From contig NIVC01000655.1 in NCBI GenBank assembly GCA_002269645.1, forward strand, positions 426,568 through 490,567: 64,000 nt of DNA, written 5' to 3'. Under the pieces are notes generated by a model. It ran no database searches. It worked only from the letters and a program-made list of their open reading frames with translations, and was not told the DNA's origin. The translations under genes were made by a program, and so were the position numbers. Shown here piece after piece: positions 12,872 to 42,200 of the stretch. Positions within the stretch are counted from its first letter, which is position 1; every line of letters starts with the position of its first letter. Source of the stretch: Macrostomum lignano (lineage: Eukaryota).

Positions 12872-13392
12872 AATAACTGCCAAACAGCTACTTCCGATAT
12901 GCTAACAACTGCCAAACAGCTACTTCCGGTATGCTAACAACTGCCAAACAGCTACTTCCGGTATGCTAACAACTGCCAAACAGCTACTTCCGATATGCTA
13001 ACAACTGCCAAATAGCTATTTCTGGTAGGCTAATAACTGCCAAACAACTACTTCCGATCGCTAATAACTGCCAAACAGCTACTTCCGATCGCTAATAACT
13101 GCCAAACAGCTACTTCCGATCGCTAATAACTGCCAAACAGCTACTTCCAATCGCTAATAACTGCCAAAAAGCTACTTCCGATCGCTAATAACTGCCAAAC
13201 AGCTACTTCCGGTATGCTAATAACTGCCAAACAGCTACTTCCGATCGCTAATAACTGCCAAACAACTACTTCCGATCGCTAATAACTGCCAAACAGCTAC
13301 TTCCGATCGCTAATAACTTCCAAACAACTACTTCCCATCGCTAATAACTGCCAAACAGCTACTTCCGGTATGCTAATAACTGCCAAACAGCT
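12872..13392. repeat. 31/32-bp minisatellite
   Basis: Tandem GCTAATAACTGCCAAACAGCTACTTCCGATC. Confidence 0.92.
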
Positions 13393-13515
13393 TTTAATGG
13401 CATTTTAATTAGAATGATGCATTCAATTGATGAATGTTTGAAACCATTCTGTACTATAAAATTGCACAGAAAATGAATAATCAATCATTGAAAACCAGTA
13501 GATCCATTGTACACA

Positions 13516-16500
13516 TCAAACTGGCTTAGAAGAAAAGTCCATAGTTAGCAGATGAGCCGGTATAGCGCCGCTGTCGCCATTCAACGGCGTCATTGGCAAC
13601 GTGGACGCCGAGGGGGCGGCATGGGTCGGCGAAGAAGAGGAGGAACTTCCGGTGCCAAAAAAGCGTTGGAAACTGCAAATAATAACAGCAATATATTAGC
13701 GATGATAAAAATGTGCCAACACAACCTTCCTGATAAAGCATTATAAATGTAAAGTTAAAAACTACTGTAAAAAGTGTAAAAACTACTGTAAGAAGGCCAA
13801 TAAATACCGAAATTTTTCAAGAGTTACGCTCGTAATTTATGTTTATAATGATCTGTATCTGTACCTGAGCTGTCCATTCAGGTAGAGCAGCCCTTCTACC
13901 CACCCCCTTATCTCAGGTAGAGCAGCCCTTCTACCCACCCCCTTATCTCAGGTAGAGCAGCCCTTCTACCCACCCCCTTATCTCAGGTAGAGCAGCCCTT
14001 CTACCCACTCCCTTATTTCAGGTAGAGCAGCCCTCCTACCCACTCCCTTATTTCAGGTAGAGCAGCCCTTCTACCCACTCCCTTATCTCAGGTAGAGCAG
14101 CCCTTCTACCCACTCCCTTATTTCAGGTAGAGCAGCCCTTCTACCCACTCCCTTATCTCAGGTAGAGCAACCCTTCTACCCACTCCCTTATCTCAGGTAG
14201 AGCAGCCCTTCTACCCACTCCCTTATCTCAGGTAGAGCAGCCCTTCTACCCACTCCCTTATTTCAGGTAGAGCAGCCCTTCTACCCACTCCCTTATCTCA
14301 GGTAGAGCAGCCCTTCTACCCACCCCCTTATCTCAGGTAGAGCAGCCCTTCTACCCACCCCCTTATCTCAGGTAGAGCAGCCCTTCTACCCACCCCCTTA
14401 TCTCAGGTAGAGCAGCCCTTCTACCCACCCCCTTATCTCAGGTAGAGCAGCCCTTCTACCCTCCCTAATCTCAGGTAGAGCAGCCCTTCTACCCTCCCTA
14501 ATCTCAGGTAGAGCAGCCCTTCTACCCTCCCTAATCTCAGATAGAGCAGCCCTTCTACCCTCCCTAATCTCAGGTAGAGCAGCCCTTCTACCCTCCATAA
14601 TCTCAGGTAAAGCAGCCCTTCTATCCCTAGTGACATAAAAACAAGAGTGATAATTAGAACTCGAATTCATCAATAAAAAATATCATTTATTAAAAGACGG
14701 CGACTAACTACTGCTCACCTACTGAAATGCAACAGATATTTTATTTATAAAAATGGAAACTTTAAGAAGTGTATTCGGTATTAAAAAAGTAACAGTAAAA
14801 AATTATTAAGTTACTGGCAACAGTTAAAAATTGTTTCACACAATAGAAAGACCGGCCAAGAAAGTGGCAGTGCTAAAAATGCTAAGACTATAAAATCACA
14901 CAACAAACAAGCGTGGTAAAAATTTCACAACTAAAAAATTATTCGTCAAAAAAAGTACATAGAAACTTAGGCCCAACTTCGGCGACGCCTTAATCTCCTG
15001 CGCAGGTGGCAAATCAGGCGCACTATTCTGCAATAAGAATTAGTTAATTAATAGTAATAAACTTATTCGATACATATCGGTATAGCGAAATCATGTACGA
15101 AAGTATTGGTCCGTATTGTTGATTTTTGAAACTCTAGTAGCGTAATAGTTATTAAAATCATATTTGTGATCAAATTAAAATAGATTTTGAATTTGGCCAC
15201 TTTTAGAATATTTCGATACATATCGGCAAAAACTAAAATTAATTATATTTTATAATAATATAATAATATAATTATAATAATAAAAGATTATTTATAGCGT
15301 TTTTCGACACATATCGGCTAAAATTTAATAAATTGATCAATAAATATTCCTCCAAACATTTTGGCTAAAAAGTATCATTTATACTCTTTTTCGATACATA
15401 TCGGCTAAAATAAGAACGATCATTTATCAATTTAACTAATTAAGACTGAAATACCGGTCAGAGAGAAGAGCTTTAGCATAGTGTGATGATAAGCATTAAA
15501 ATTCGAACGGAAAGTTTTTCAAATAAAATTGCTCATCATACTACTTAACACAATTTTGTATTAGCAAATAAATACTTACAAGTATTTAATGCCTAAATCG
15601 CTGCTGTTGCTCTTTTGATTAGAAGCATCTCCGTTTAAACCGCCGCCGTCATTTTTTTCGGCGCCCGACGCTTTGCAATCGCGTTGCGCAGGCGCCGGCG
15701 AGGCTTGAGTAGACGTTAAACCGACGCCGGGGTCCCCTCCTAGTAACGGAGCAGACGGTAAAGCTTGATAGAAACTTTGCGACGAAATCACTTCGAAACC
15801 GGATAGCGGCGTCGAATTCGATGGATCCTCCTCGATAGAGGATGTCTGCCGTGCAGCGCCCTGGCGGTAAGCCTCTGCTAGTTCCTCTTCTGCTTCTAAT
15901 AGGCGAGCTTTGAGTTCGTTTCGCTCGGCTAGGACGGCCCGAAGCTCGGCCAGGGTGAAACGAGGCCGGTTTGGATCGAGAGAGTTCGAAGATGCGTCTG
16001 AAACCTGCTGCTGCTGCTCCCACTGCTTCTGCTGCTGTTGTTGCTGCTGCTGCTGCTTCTGCTGCTGTTGTTGCTGAGGCTGCTGTGGCGAAAAAGACAG
16101 TTGGCTCAATGGGGAGGCCTGCAAAGTGTTCGTTAAGACTATCACATATTATATATAAATATGTATTTTATAGTATTTGCGGTTTTAGAGCATGAGTGAG
16201 ATGGATGGATTGAAATATTAAAGAACAAAAAATGAATGAAATTATAATTAGGGCAGCAAAGATCAAAGAATGAATGAGATTATAATTGGGGCAGCAAAGA
16301 TCAAAGAATGAATGAGATTATAATTGGGGCAGCAAAGATCAAAGAATGAATGAGATTATAATTGGGGCAGCAAAGATCAAAGAATGAATGAGATTATAAT
16401 TGGGGCAGCAAAGATCAAAGAATGAATGAGATTATAATTGGGGCGGCAAAGATCAAAGAATGAATGAGATTATAATTAGGGCGGCAAAGATCAAAAGGCA

Positions 16501-17584
16501 AGTAGCGCAAGCGCACTCACAGCCATATCGGCATCTCCGCGATGCAGTTCAGGCTGACAGTCGCTGCTGTCAGAGTCGGATCGACCATCACAGAGTTTAT
16601 CTTCCAAATCGCCCACGCCACCGCCGCCGCCGCCGTGCACAGACTTGCTAAGCCGCTTCATCAGATCGGCATTGAGGCTGGCTAGGCGGTCACTCTGAGC
16701 TTGCAGGGCCTCGCAGTCGGCCCGGCTGTTGGCCAGTTCGCGCCTCAGAATTCGAGTCTCGTCGCGCTGGGCGTTTAGCGCCGATTTCAGCCTGGCAACG
16801 ATGAGCATCTGCTGCTGTTGTTGACGCTGCTGGACAGGCGATGAGGTTGCGGAACCGGCCGACTGCTCGGAGGCCGAGGATGAGTTCCCTCGGCGAGCTT
16901 CGCTTAGCGCCTGTTTGAGACTGCTGTTCTCTTCGCGAAGGTGCTGCAGCTCGCGGCGCCACTCCTGATCGGCCTGGGAGATGAGGAATATTCTCTTTGG
17001 GTGATTCAGAATGCCAGAATACCTGTCTGGGGATCTGGGAGGCTGGCCCAGCAACTGAGGATATGAGAGGCTGGCCCAGCAACTGAGCGATCTGGGAGGC
17101 TGGCCCAGCAACTGAGGATATGGGAGACTGGCCCAGCAACTGAGCGATCTGAGAGGCTGGCTCAGCAACTGAGGATCTGGGAGGCTGGCCCAGCAACTGG
17201 GGATCTGGGAGGCTCGCCCAGCAATTGAGGATTTGGGAGGCTGGCCCAGCAACTGGGGATCATGCACTTAGTGTGTAAACGCCGAGAGAAGACACTCACC
17301 TGCTCCATTTCCCTCTCAAAGCGGCCCCTATCAGTGAGGCGGGCAGCCCTCTCCAGCTCCAGCTTATCAATGCGCTGCTGCAATAGCACTGCCTCATCAG
17401 CCGCAGCCTCAGCCCTACTAGTGAGCAATTCCAGATTCTCCAGAGCTGAAATCACTTTAGGCATCAGGCCTGACAAGGATTCTGGCCCATGCTGATCAAT
17501 GAGTATTTCAAACTCTTTGCCAATGACTGACGCCAAGTCATAGACATCAGTGATTGATTGGATATTAGGCTTGGATAGTGGCAT
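13516..17584 (-). CDS. RILPL1: RILP-like protein (RH1 and RH2 domains), about 477 aa, 4 exons
   Basis: complement(join(13516..13672,15580..16118,16521..16973,17300..17584)); GT-AG, phases 0/0/2. RH1: DVYDLASVIGKEFEILIDQHG..LMPKVISALENLE; RH2: DPNRPRFTLAELRAVLAERNELKARL; C-terminal GIKYFFQRFF resembles the family GIKRLFSFF motif. Exact paralog identity (RILP/RILPL1/RILPL2) unresolved. Confidence 0.85.
13878..14620. repeat. 35/33-bp minisatellite in RILP-like intron 3
   Basis: Tandem TCTCAGGTAGAGCAGCCCTTCTACCCACTCCCTTA, shifting to a 33-bp variant after about 14450. Confidence 0.93.
16232..16497. repeat. 38-bp minisatellite in RILP-like intron 2
   Basis: Tandem GAATGAATGAGATTATAATTGGGGCAGCAAAGATCAAA. 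Confidence 0.92.
17030..17260. repeat. 28-bp minisatellite in RILP-like intron 1
   Basis: Tandem ACTGAGGATCTGGGAGGCTGGCCCAGCA. Confidence 0.9.
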
Positions 17585-18519
17585 TGTAATCTGTAAATTT
17601 TTAAAACTTTACAGAAAAAAACAGTTAAGTCTTTTATTGAGGCTAGTGGAAAACTTTGCTAGATAAATGATCAATATAATGAATAAAATTCAAGCAAAGA
17701 TTAATCAATATAGATATTCAGTAAATACTAGTAAACTCTCTATAAACTAGCTTAACACTAAACACTTGATACTAATCTTCCTAAACACAATTTTTTTTAG
17801 ATTTTTAATAACCCATCTGTTGATCATCTATTAAACAATGGAAAAAAACATCATCCATTTAAAAAAATTTTGCCACCTATTAAAATATGCTGATTGGAAA
17901 ATAGCTAAAATTGAAATTGTCTTTCTATTTTAATGTAGAAATATAATGGGTAGCCATATTTTTTAAAAAATATTGTTGTGTTAGACAATATAAACATACA
18001 AAAATGGTATCTCACTATAATTTTTATGACTTGCAAACATTATTTTTATTATGAAAATAAGCTTCACAATGTATAACTAAATTTTTTTTCAAAAAGTCTT
18101 GTCTGCCAATAGAAAAAAAGCAGTAGATAATTTGACTATATTTTAGTCTAACAAATAAAATTTCTAACAATGTTTTTAACAAATGAAAAAAGTAAGACAA
18201 TTATTGCTATTGCCATATTAAATTTTTGTTAATGATAATAATTTTATAAGTAACATTTATTAAGCACTATGCGATATATTTACTTTAAGTTTAATATAAA
18301 ACTAGACTAAGAAATAGCCAAGTTTAAGCATAGGCCTACTTGAATAGGTAGACCCTTAACAACTCACATTTGAACTCACATTTGTTCATGGGCAAAATTT
18401 ACCTGGTCCTATTGTCTATAGATGGCAAATATTGGTAAGAAAAAGCTTAGCATACAAATCTCAATCAATAGGCAAATCTGAGACTCAATAGGGCCTAGGC
18501 AATACAATATATTTGTAGG

Positions 18520-18715
18520 CAGTGGCGCAACCAGGGGGGGGGCGGGGGGGGGAGGGCAGTCGCCTCCCCTTAGGCAGAGACCCAAAAAAATCGAAGGGGG
18601 GACCAAGCAAATTTTCGCCAAAAACAGAGCCACCTCTCCGCCCCCCCCTCCCGCCTCCCGGGACTTTACCTTCCAGAATCCGCCCCCCCTCAAAAAATTT
18701 CTGGTTGTGCTACCG
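18520..18715. mobile_element. hAT-type MITE, 196 bp
   Basis: TIR CAGTGGCGCAACCAG vs CGGTAGCACAACCAG (12/15); 8-bp TSD TTTGTAGG on both sides. Confidence 0.88.
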
Positions 18716-19213
18716 TTTGTAGGCAATTCTCATGCTCTTGCTTATTGTTATATATAGCACAAAATTTTGCTTTTAGTTTTGGTAACAAATAATAAATTAA
18801 TACTTAGTAACTTAGTCAATTAATGTCAATGAATTTTTATTACACAGTTAAGTAGATTGTTATGTTATGATTTATGAATATGGATATTCTTGCTTAGCCT
18901 TTTAAAACAAAACATAATACTAAAAACTAGGCCAATATAGATACTAGGCTTAGTCATTTTGTTAATAATAACTTTATTAAATAACATAGGCATAGGCCTA
19001 TAATTATTATTTATTACCCATGAACCCAACAGGCAACATACATCATATGCCCATACATTTGCTTTGGACTCCAATTACAGCATGAAAACATTTTGGTTGG
19101 GGGTATTCATTGTAGCATGGAGATATGCAGCAAGGCATAGGCGCATAGTGTAAGCCCTAGTGTAGTAGTAGTAGTATAAAGCTCAGTCTCATAATAGTAT
19201 CGCCTATATAACC

Positions 19214-19228
19214 GTAACACACGGTAAC
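19214..19228. promoter_or_regulatory. Candidate X-box between the divergent RILP-like and EFCAB7 genes
   Basis: GTAACACACGGTAAC; one mismatch from GTNRCCN(0-3)RGYAAC. Confidence 0.3.
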
Positions 19229-19627
19229 TACGAGAGAAACGTCACAGGCTTTGCACACCGGCTTGATTTAAATATGTAAAAAGTTTCTAAGTAAAACAAA
19301 GTGTTGTCTCTTCAAAAAACATTTCTTGAAAATAGACTAAGTGTATGCATTCGCGTTTATATAAAGTTGATGAAACAAAGGAAAAGAATCAGTTTTACGA
19401 TACTATATATGATCTGGTAAATAACTTATTTTCAGTTTATTAAAATGAATTTCTTTTTGCATTCTTGTCATCCTGCTCGTAAATATAGAAAATGGAGAAG
19501 TGATTCACTATTTCACTTATTCAGGTGAATGTGTTAAAAGCCTGGTTAAAGATTAAAATTATTTTTTTATTACAACTAGAAATATTTTAGAAATTTAACT
19601 TTTTAGAAATATACTTAAAGCTGTTTC

Positions 19628-19824
19628 CATGGGCGGCGGGAGCTTGCGGCACCGGGGGCACGTGCCCCCCCCCCCCCCCCCCCCAGAAAATGAGTCCACG
19701 TGGTAACTTTTAGTGCTTTTTCTTATTTTAGGCTCTGATTAGCAGCTTATAAAGGTACCTGTGCCCCCTTGCCCTGTGCCCGGTGCCCCCCCCCCCCCTA
19801 AAATATTAGGCTCCGCCGTCCCTG
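19628..19824. mobile_element. hAT-type MITE, 197 bp
   Basis: Imperfect TIR CATGGGCGGCGG vs CAGGGACGGCGG; 8-bp TSD GCTGTTTC on both sides. Confidence 0.88.
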
Positions 19825-20234
19825 GCTGTTTCAAAAAGCAGACTTCGTGATTAGAATCGTTGGAAATTCCTAATCCGTTTGTATTGTTACTGAAAACATG
19901 GCTATATTGTGATATTTTATTTCTGAAAAGAAACCTTTCAAAACTATATTACTAAGTGCTAAATATATGCGTTTCTGATACTTTGAACTTTGAGCTAAAA
20001 TACTTAATGCACTTATACATAGCTTTAAGAAAAGCATAAGAAAATATCAAATAATTGTTTAACAAATTTTAAATCAGTTTCTTGATTGCAGATTGAAAAT
20101 GTCTGACATAAAGCTGAAATAATCCTAGAAAAGTTTTTCTTATTTAGGCCAGCCAATCAATTTCATTGTGTTCTTTAATGGCGTTAAATTTTAATTACAG
20201 CATTAAATTAAAGCTTCTATGCTCTAACTGTTTT

Positions 20235-36701
<16,467 letters not shown>

Positions 36702-36903
36702 GGAGTTTGACAGACAATTATTAAGGACAGAGATGAAACCTAATATAATACAGAAAGTTTACATGCATGCATAAGGTGGAATGCGAGCCTGAATCTAGCT
36801 TGTATTTTCACTCCTGTTTGACTTTAACGATATGTATAATACTTTCTGTTTGTTCATGGCCTTTGTTTTCGATCCAAGGACTATACTCAACTAGAAGGAC
36901 GTG

Positions 36904-37344
36904 AAACCTCGTTTCTTGGGATATAGGAAGTTTTCATTTTTATCAACACAAAAACTGCATGTTTTTTCTTTCGATAGGAGGCCGACCCAAAGTTCATCTT
37001 TTGATATTTTGTGACTTTTCTATAGCTCTATTAGTATTCAGTAAGCTTTACTAATAACTAATAACCAATGGCACGGCTCAGTTCATTGGTTTTATTAATA
37101 TATTTTTTTCATTCTTACCTGACTGTGTCAGAGAGTCATGATAATATAAATAGAATAAAAAATGAATATAAAGTCATTAATATCAATAGAGCTCAAAAAG
37201 ACACATAAAAGATAAACATTCGCTCTGCCTCCTATCGAAAGCAATAACAATTTATGTGCTGAAAAAATGATAACTTCTTATCTCCGTAGTGTATTTTTTG
37301 ATCGGAAAAATTAGCCTTCTAACTTTTTCCAAGAAACGAGGTTT
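36904..37344. mobile_element. Possible MITE
   Basis: 16-bp inverted pair AAACCTCGTTTCTTGG (36904-36919) and CCAAGAAACGAGGTTT (37329-37344); true ends and TSD not resolved. Confidence 0.35.
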
Positions 37345-37792
37345 TGAGTTGTCCCGTGGTGGTAATTCCACCTGACACATCATGAAAAAGTTTGCAACTA
37401 CTTTTAAGTAATACATATATGTGTAACGCACAAAACGTACAGTGCAAATCAACTTAAATACTAACTTTACTAATTTTAAATAATGCAGTTTATTTAAACC
37501 TAATATCAGTCGTATAAAAATTCACAAAATATAATTGTTCGCGTTCACAGCTCAAAATGTGACTTTTGAATGTAAAAATATTGTCACTTTCTATGTAATA
37601 AATTCTTAATTGATCTTTGTTAAATTTGAGCAATACTCGTCAAACCTTATCACCTGCAGTACACTGGTGTACTTTTAATTCAACAGCTTTCAAAAGTGCC
37701 GTACCTGTGTGCAAAAATGCTTGAGCATGTACTTGTAGTTAATGTTAAGTGAAATCGGCACTACGAGCATATTTGACGAATAATCTATCAAC

Positions 37793-38835
37793 CCTCACCT
37801 GATAATCCATCACCATCTCACCTGATAATCCATCACCCTCACCTGATAATCCATTACCCTCACCTGATAATCCATCACCATCTCACCTGATAATCCATCA
37901 CCCTCACCTGATAATCCATCACCATCTCACCTGATAATCCATCACCATCTCACCTGATAATCCATCACCATCTCACCTGATAATCCATCACCATCTCACC
38001 TGATAATCCATCACCCTCACCTGATAATCCATCACCCTCACCTGATAATCCATCACCCTCACCTGATAATCCATTACCCTCACCTGATAATCCATCACCA
38101 TCTCACCTGATAATCCATCACCCTCACCTGATAATCCATCACCATCTCACCTGATAATCCATCACCATCTCACCTGATAATCCATCACCATCTCACCTGA
38201 TAATCCATCACCATCTCACCTGATAATCCATCACCCTCACCTGATAATCCATCACCCTCACCTGATAATCCATCACCCTCACCTGATAATCCATTACCCT
38301 CACCTGATAATCCATCACCATCTCACCTGATAATCCATCACCCTCACCTGATAATCCATCACCATCTCACCTGATAATCCATCACCATCTCACCTGATAA
38401 TCCATCACCCTCACCTGATAATCCATCACCCTCACCTGATAATCCATCACCCTCACCTGATAATCCATCACCCTCACCTGATAATCCATTACCCTCACCT
38501 GATAATCCATCACCCTCACCTGATAATCCATCACCCTCACCTGATAATCCATCACCCTCACCTGATAATCCATTACCCTCACCTGATAATCCATCACCAT
38601 CTCACCTGATAATCCATCACCCTCACCTGATAATCCATCACCCTCACATGATAATCCATCACCATCTCACCTGATAATCCATCACCCTCACCTGATAATC
38701 CATCACCCTCACCTGATAATCCATCACCCTCACCTGATAATCCATTACCCTCACCTGATAATCCATCACCCTCACTTGATAATACATTACCCTCACTTGA
38801 TAATACATTACCCTCACTTGATAATCCATCACCCT
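37793..38835. repeat. 21/23-bp minisatellite
   Basis: Tandem TCACCTGATAATCCATCACCC with a CCATC variant. Confidence 0.96.
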
Positions 38836-39251
38836 TATCTGATTTCTACGCTTTAAAAAACGCATAGCGCTGAAAGAGTCCTAGCTATTTCCGGAGAGCA
38901 TACTCTCGCCGACGCCTTCAGCAATTTTTTGATCCCCTGCAAGCTGAAAAGGCCAAAAAATTCAGTGAATAACAGAAATAATGCATAGAACAAAAGTTTA
39001 CATAGACACACCTTGCAATAGATAGTTCAAAAATATATATTTTAGCCTTCAATTGTGTCAAGCCACAAAACCTATCGAATTTATAAAACAAAAAAACGGC
39101 TATTTCAATAGTCTATGAGCTGATAATTTATACAAAATCTATCAAAGAAGCCAACTTTGATGCTAATTTATATCGGTTTATAACAGCGAACAAACATAAT
39201 TATCAACTTTCAAGGCTGTAAACAATCCAGGTAATCAAAGGCGTGCTTCAT

Positions 39252-42200
39252 TCACGACTGGTCGTCTTTGCTCACAACCTGAGCAGCATCGGCCATCACC
39301 TGATCAAGGAGGCCCTCGGCAACGCTGGCGGCCCTATCCGAGGTGAACGTCAACTCGCGCGGGTCGCCGCCGCGCGTGTTGCGCGCTAATTATTGCGCGA
39401 TTGCGTCAATTCGCGCCGAATCATTGTCGCCGGCTTTTGAAGACGAAGAGCCCTCGAGATCGCTGGAATTGCGGCTGCCCAGATGTTCGCTGGCTCTGCA
39501 TAGGCGGGTTGGTTTTTATTGACTCGTTTTATTGTTGGGCCTCACTCAGTGTCCTTTAGCTGAGCATCCATCCACCTCACTCCGCGCTTACCACAGCCAA
39601 TCCGGTTGATTCTTTTCATCGATATTTCTCTCCCAAAGCATCCACCTCACTCCACGATTACTATAGCCAATCCGGTTGATTCTTTTCATCCATATTTCTC
39701 TCCCAGAGCATCCACCTCACTCCACGCTTACTACAGCCAATCCGGTTGATTCTTTTTATCGATATTTCTCTCATAGAGCATTTACCTCACTCCACGCTAA
39801 CCCCCAGTCAATACGGTTGTTTCTTTACATCGATATTTCTCTCCCAGAGCATCCACCTCACTCCAAGAGTACTGCAGTTAGGCATTCACTCACCTATCAA
39901 GCGCTCGTCGCACCAATCGAACAGCCAGTTGATGCACAGCGCTATTGTACACAGCCTGACTCAGAGACTGCTCAACTAGCCGCTCTGATAGGGCCATGAG
40001 CTCCTTCTCAATGCCTTCGTAAGTGTCCTCAGAGGCGATCATGTGCTGCGCCAGCTGATGTGTGGCATCAGACGATCCGCCAGCAGGCTTCGTCTGCTTC
40101 TGCCGACTGCCCGAGTCGTCTAGCAGTCTCAGCGGCTGCTGCTGGGCCAGCGGCCGTCTAGAAGCTCCGCTGACGCCGCCGCTGCCGCCTGCTGGCACCT
40201 TCGGCCGGCCAACAACGCGACCAGCCGAGCCGGGGAAGTGCCGAACTCGAGGCACGCGGGACGAAGCGCTGAACAGCTGGCGGAGGGCCTGGTTGTCGTT
40301 GTCCCAGGAGTCGCAGCCTTGCGCAGAGAGATTGTTAAGTAATTATTAGTTTCTTAGTCAGTTATTATTATCACACCATGTGTGATTATTAGAGTTCACA
40401 CCCTCCCATGTGTGACTATTAGAGTTCACACCCTCCCATGTGTGATTATTAGAGTTCACACCCTCCCATGTGTGATTATTAGAGTTCATACCCTCCCATG
40501 TGTGACTATTAGAGTTCACACCCTCCCATGTGTGATTATTAGAGTTCATACCCTCCCATGTGTGATTATTAGAGTTAACACCCTCCCATGTGTGCTTATT
40601 AAAGTTCACACCCTCCCCATCTGTGATTATTAGAGTTCACACCCTTCCTATGTGTGATTATTAGAGTTCATACCCTCCCATGTGTGATTATTAGAGTTCA
40701 TACCCTCCCATGTGTGACTATTAGAGTTCACACCCTCCCATGTGTGATTATTAGAGTTCATACCCTCCCATGTGTGACTATTAGAGTTCATACCCTCCCA
40801 TGTGTGATTATTAGAGTTCATACCCTCCCATGTGTGATTATTAGAGTTCATACCCTCCCATGTGTGATTATTAGAGTTAACACCCTCCCCATGTGTGATT
40901 ATTAGAGTTCACACCCTTCCCATGTGTGATTATTAGAGTTCATACCCTCCCATGTGTGATTATTAGAGTTCACACCCTCCCATGTGTGATTATTAGAGTT
41001 CATACCCTCCCATGTGTGATTATTAGAGTTCACACCCTCCCATGTGTGATTATTAGAGTTCACACCCTCCCATGTGTGATTATTAGAGTTCATACCCTCC
41101 CATGTGTGATTATTAGAGTTCATACCCTCCCATGTGTGATTATTAGAGTTCATACCCTCCCATTTGTGACTATTAGAGTTCACACCCTCCCCATCTGTGA
41201 TTATTAGAGTTCACACCCTTCCCATGTGTGATTATTAGAGTTCACACCCTTCCTATGTGTGATTATTAGAGTTCACACCCTTCCCATGTGTGATTATTAG
41301 AGTTCACACCCTCCCATGTGTGATTATTAGAGTTCACACCCTCCCATGTGTGATTATTAGAGTTCACATCCTCCCATGTGTGATTATTAGAGTTCACACC
41401 CTCCCATGTGTGATTATTAGAGTTAACACCCTCCCATGTGTGATTATTAGAGTTCACACCCTTCCCATGTGTGATTATTAGAGTTCACACCCTCCCATGT
41501 GTGATTATTAGAGTTCACACCCTCCCATGTGTGATTATTAGAGTTCACATCCTCCCATGTGTGATTATTAGAGTTCACACCCTTCCCATGTGTGATTATT
41601 AGAGTTCACACCCTCCCATGTGTGATTATTAGAGTTCACACCCTTCCCATGTGTGATTATTAGAGTTCACACCCTCCCATGTGTGATTATTAGAGTTCAC
41701 ACCCTTCCCATGTGTGATTATTAGAGTTCACACCCTCCCATGTGTGATTATTAGAGTTCACACCCTTCCCATGTGTGATTATTAGAGTTCACACCCTTCC
41801 CATGTGTGATTATTAGAGTTCACACCCTCCCATGTGTGACTATTAGAGTTCATACCCTCCCATGTGTGATTATTAGAGTTCACATCCTCCCATGTGTGAT
41901 TATTAGAGTTCATACCCTCCCATGTGTGACTATTAGAGTTCATACCCTCCCATGTGTGATTATTAGAGTTCACACCCTCCCATGTGCGATTATTAGAGTT
42001 CACACCCTCCCATATGTGATTATTAGAGTTGCAAATCGTGTTAAAGACATTATGAAATTTTCTCAAGAGTCTGACCTAATGTATGTAAATCTACTTGTTG
42101 TAAAATTAAAGAAATCATGCGATTTAGACACTCTACATTTGTACTATGTGTAGTTATTAAAAAGTTAGGCCTTCAGAAAAAACATGTCAACCTCAATTAT

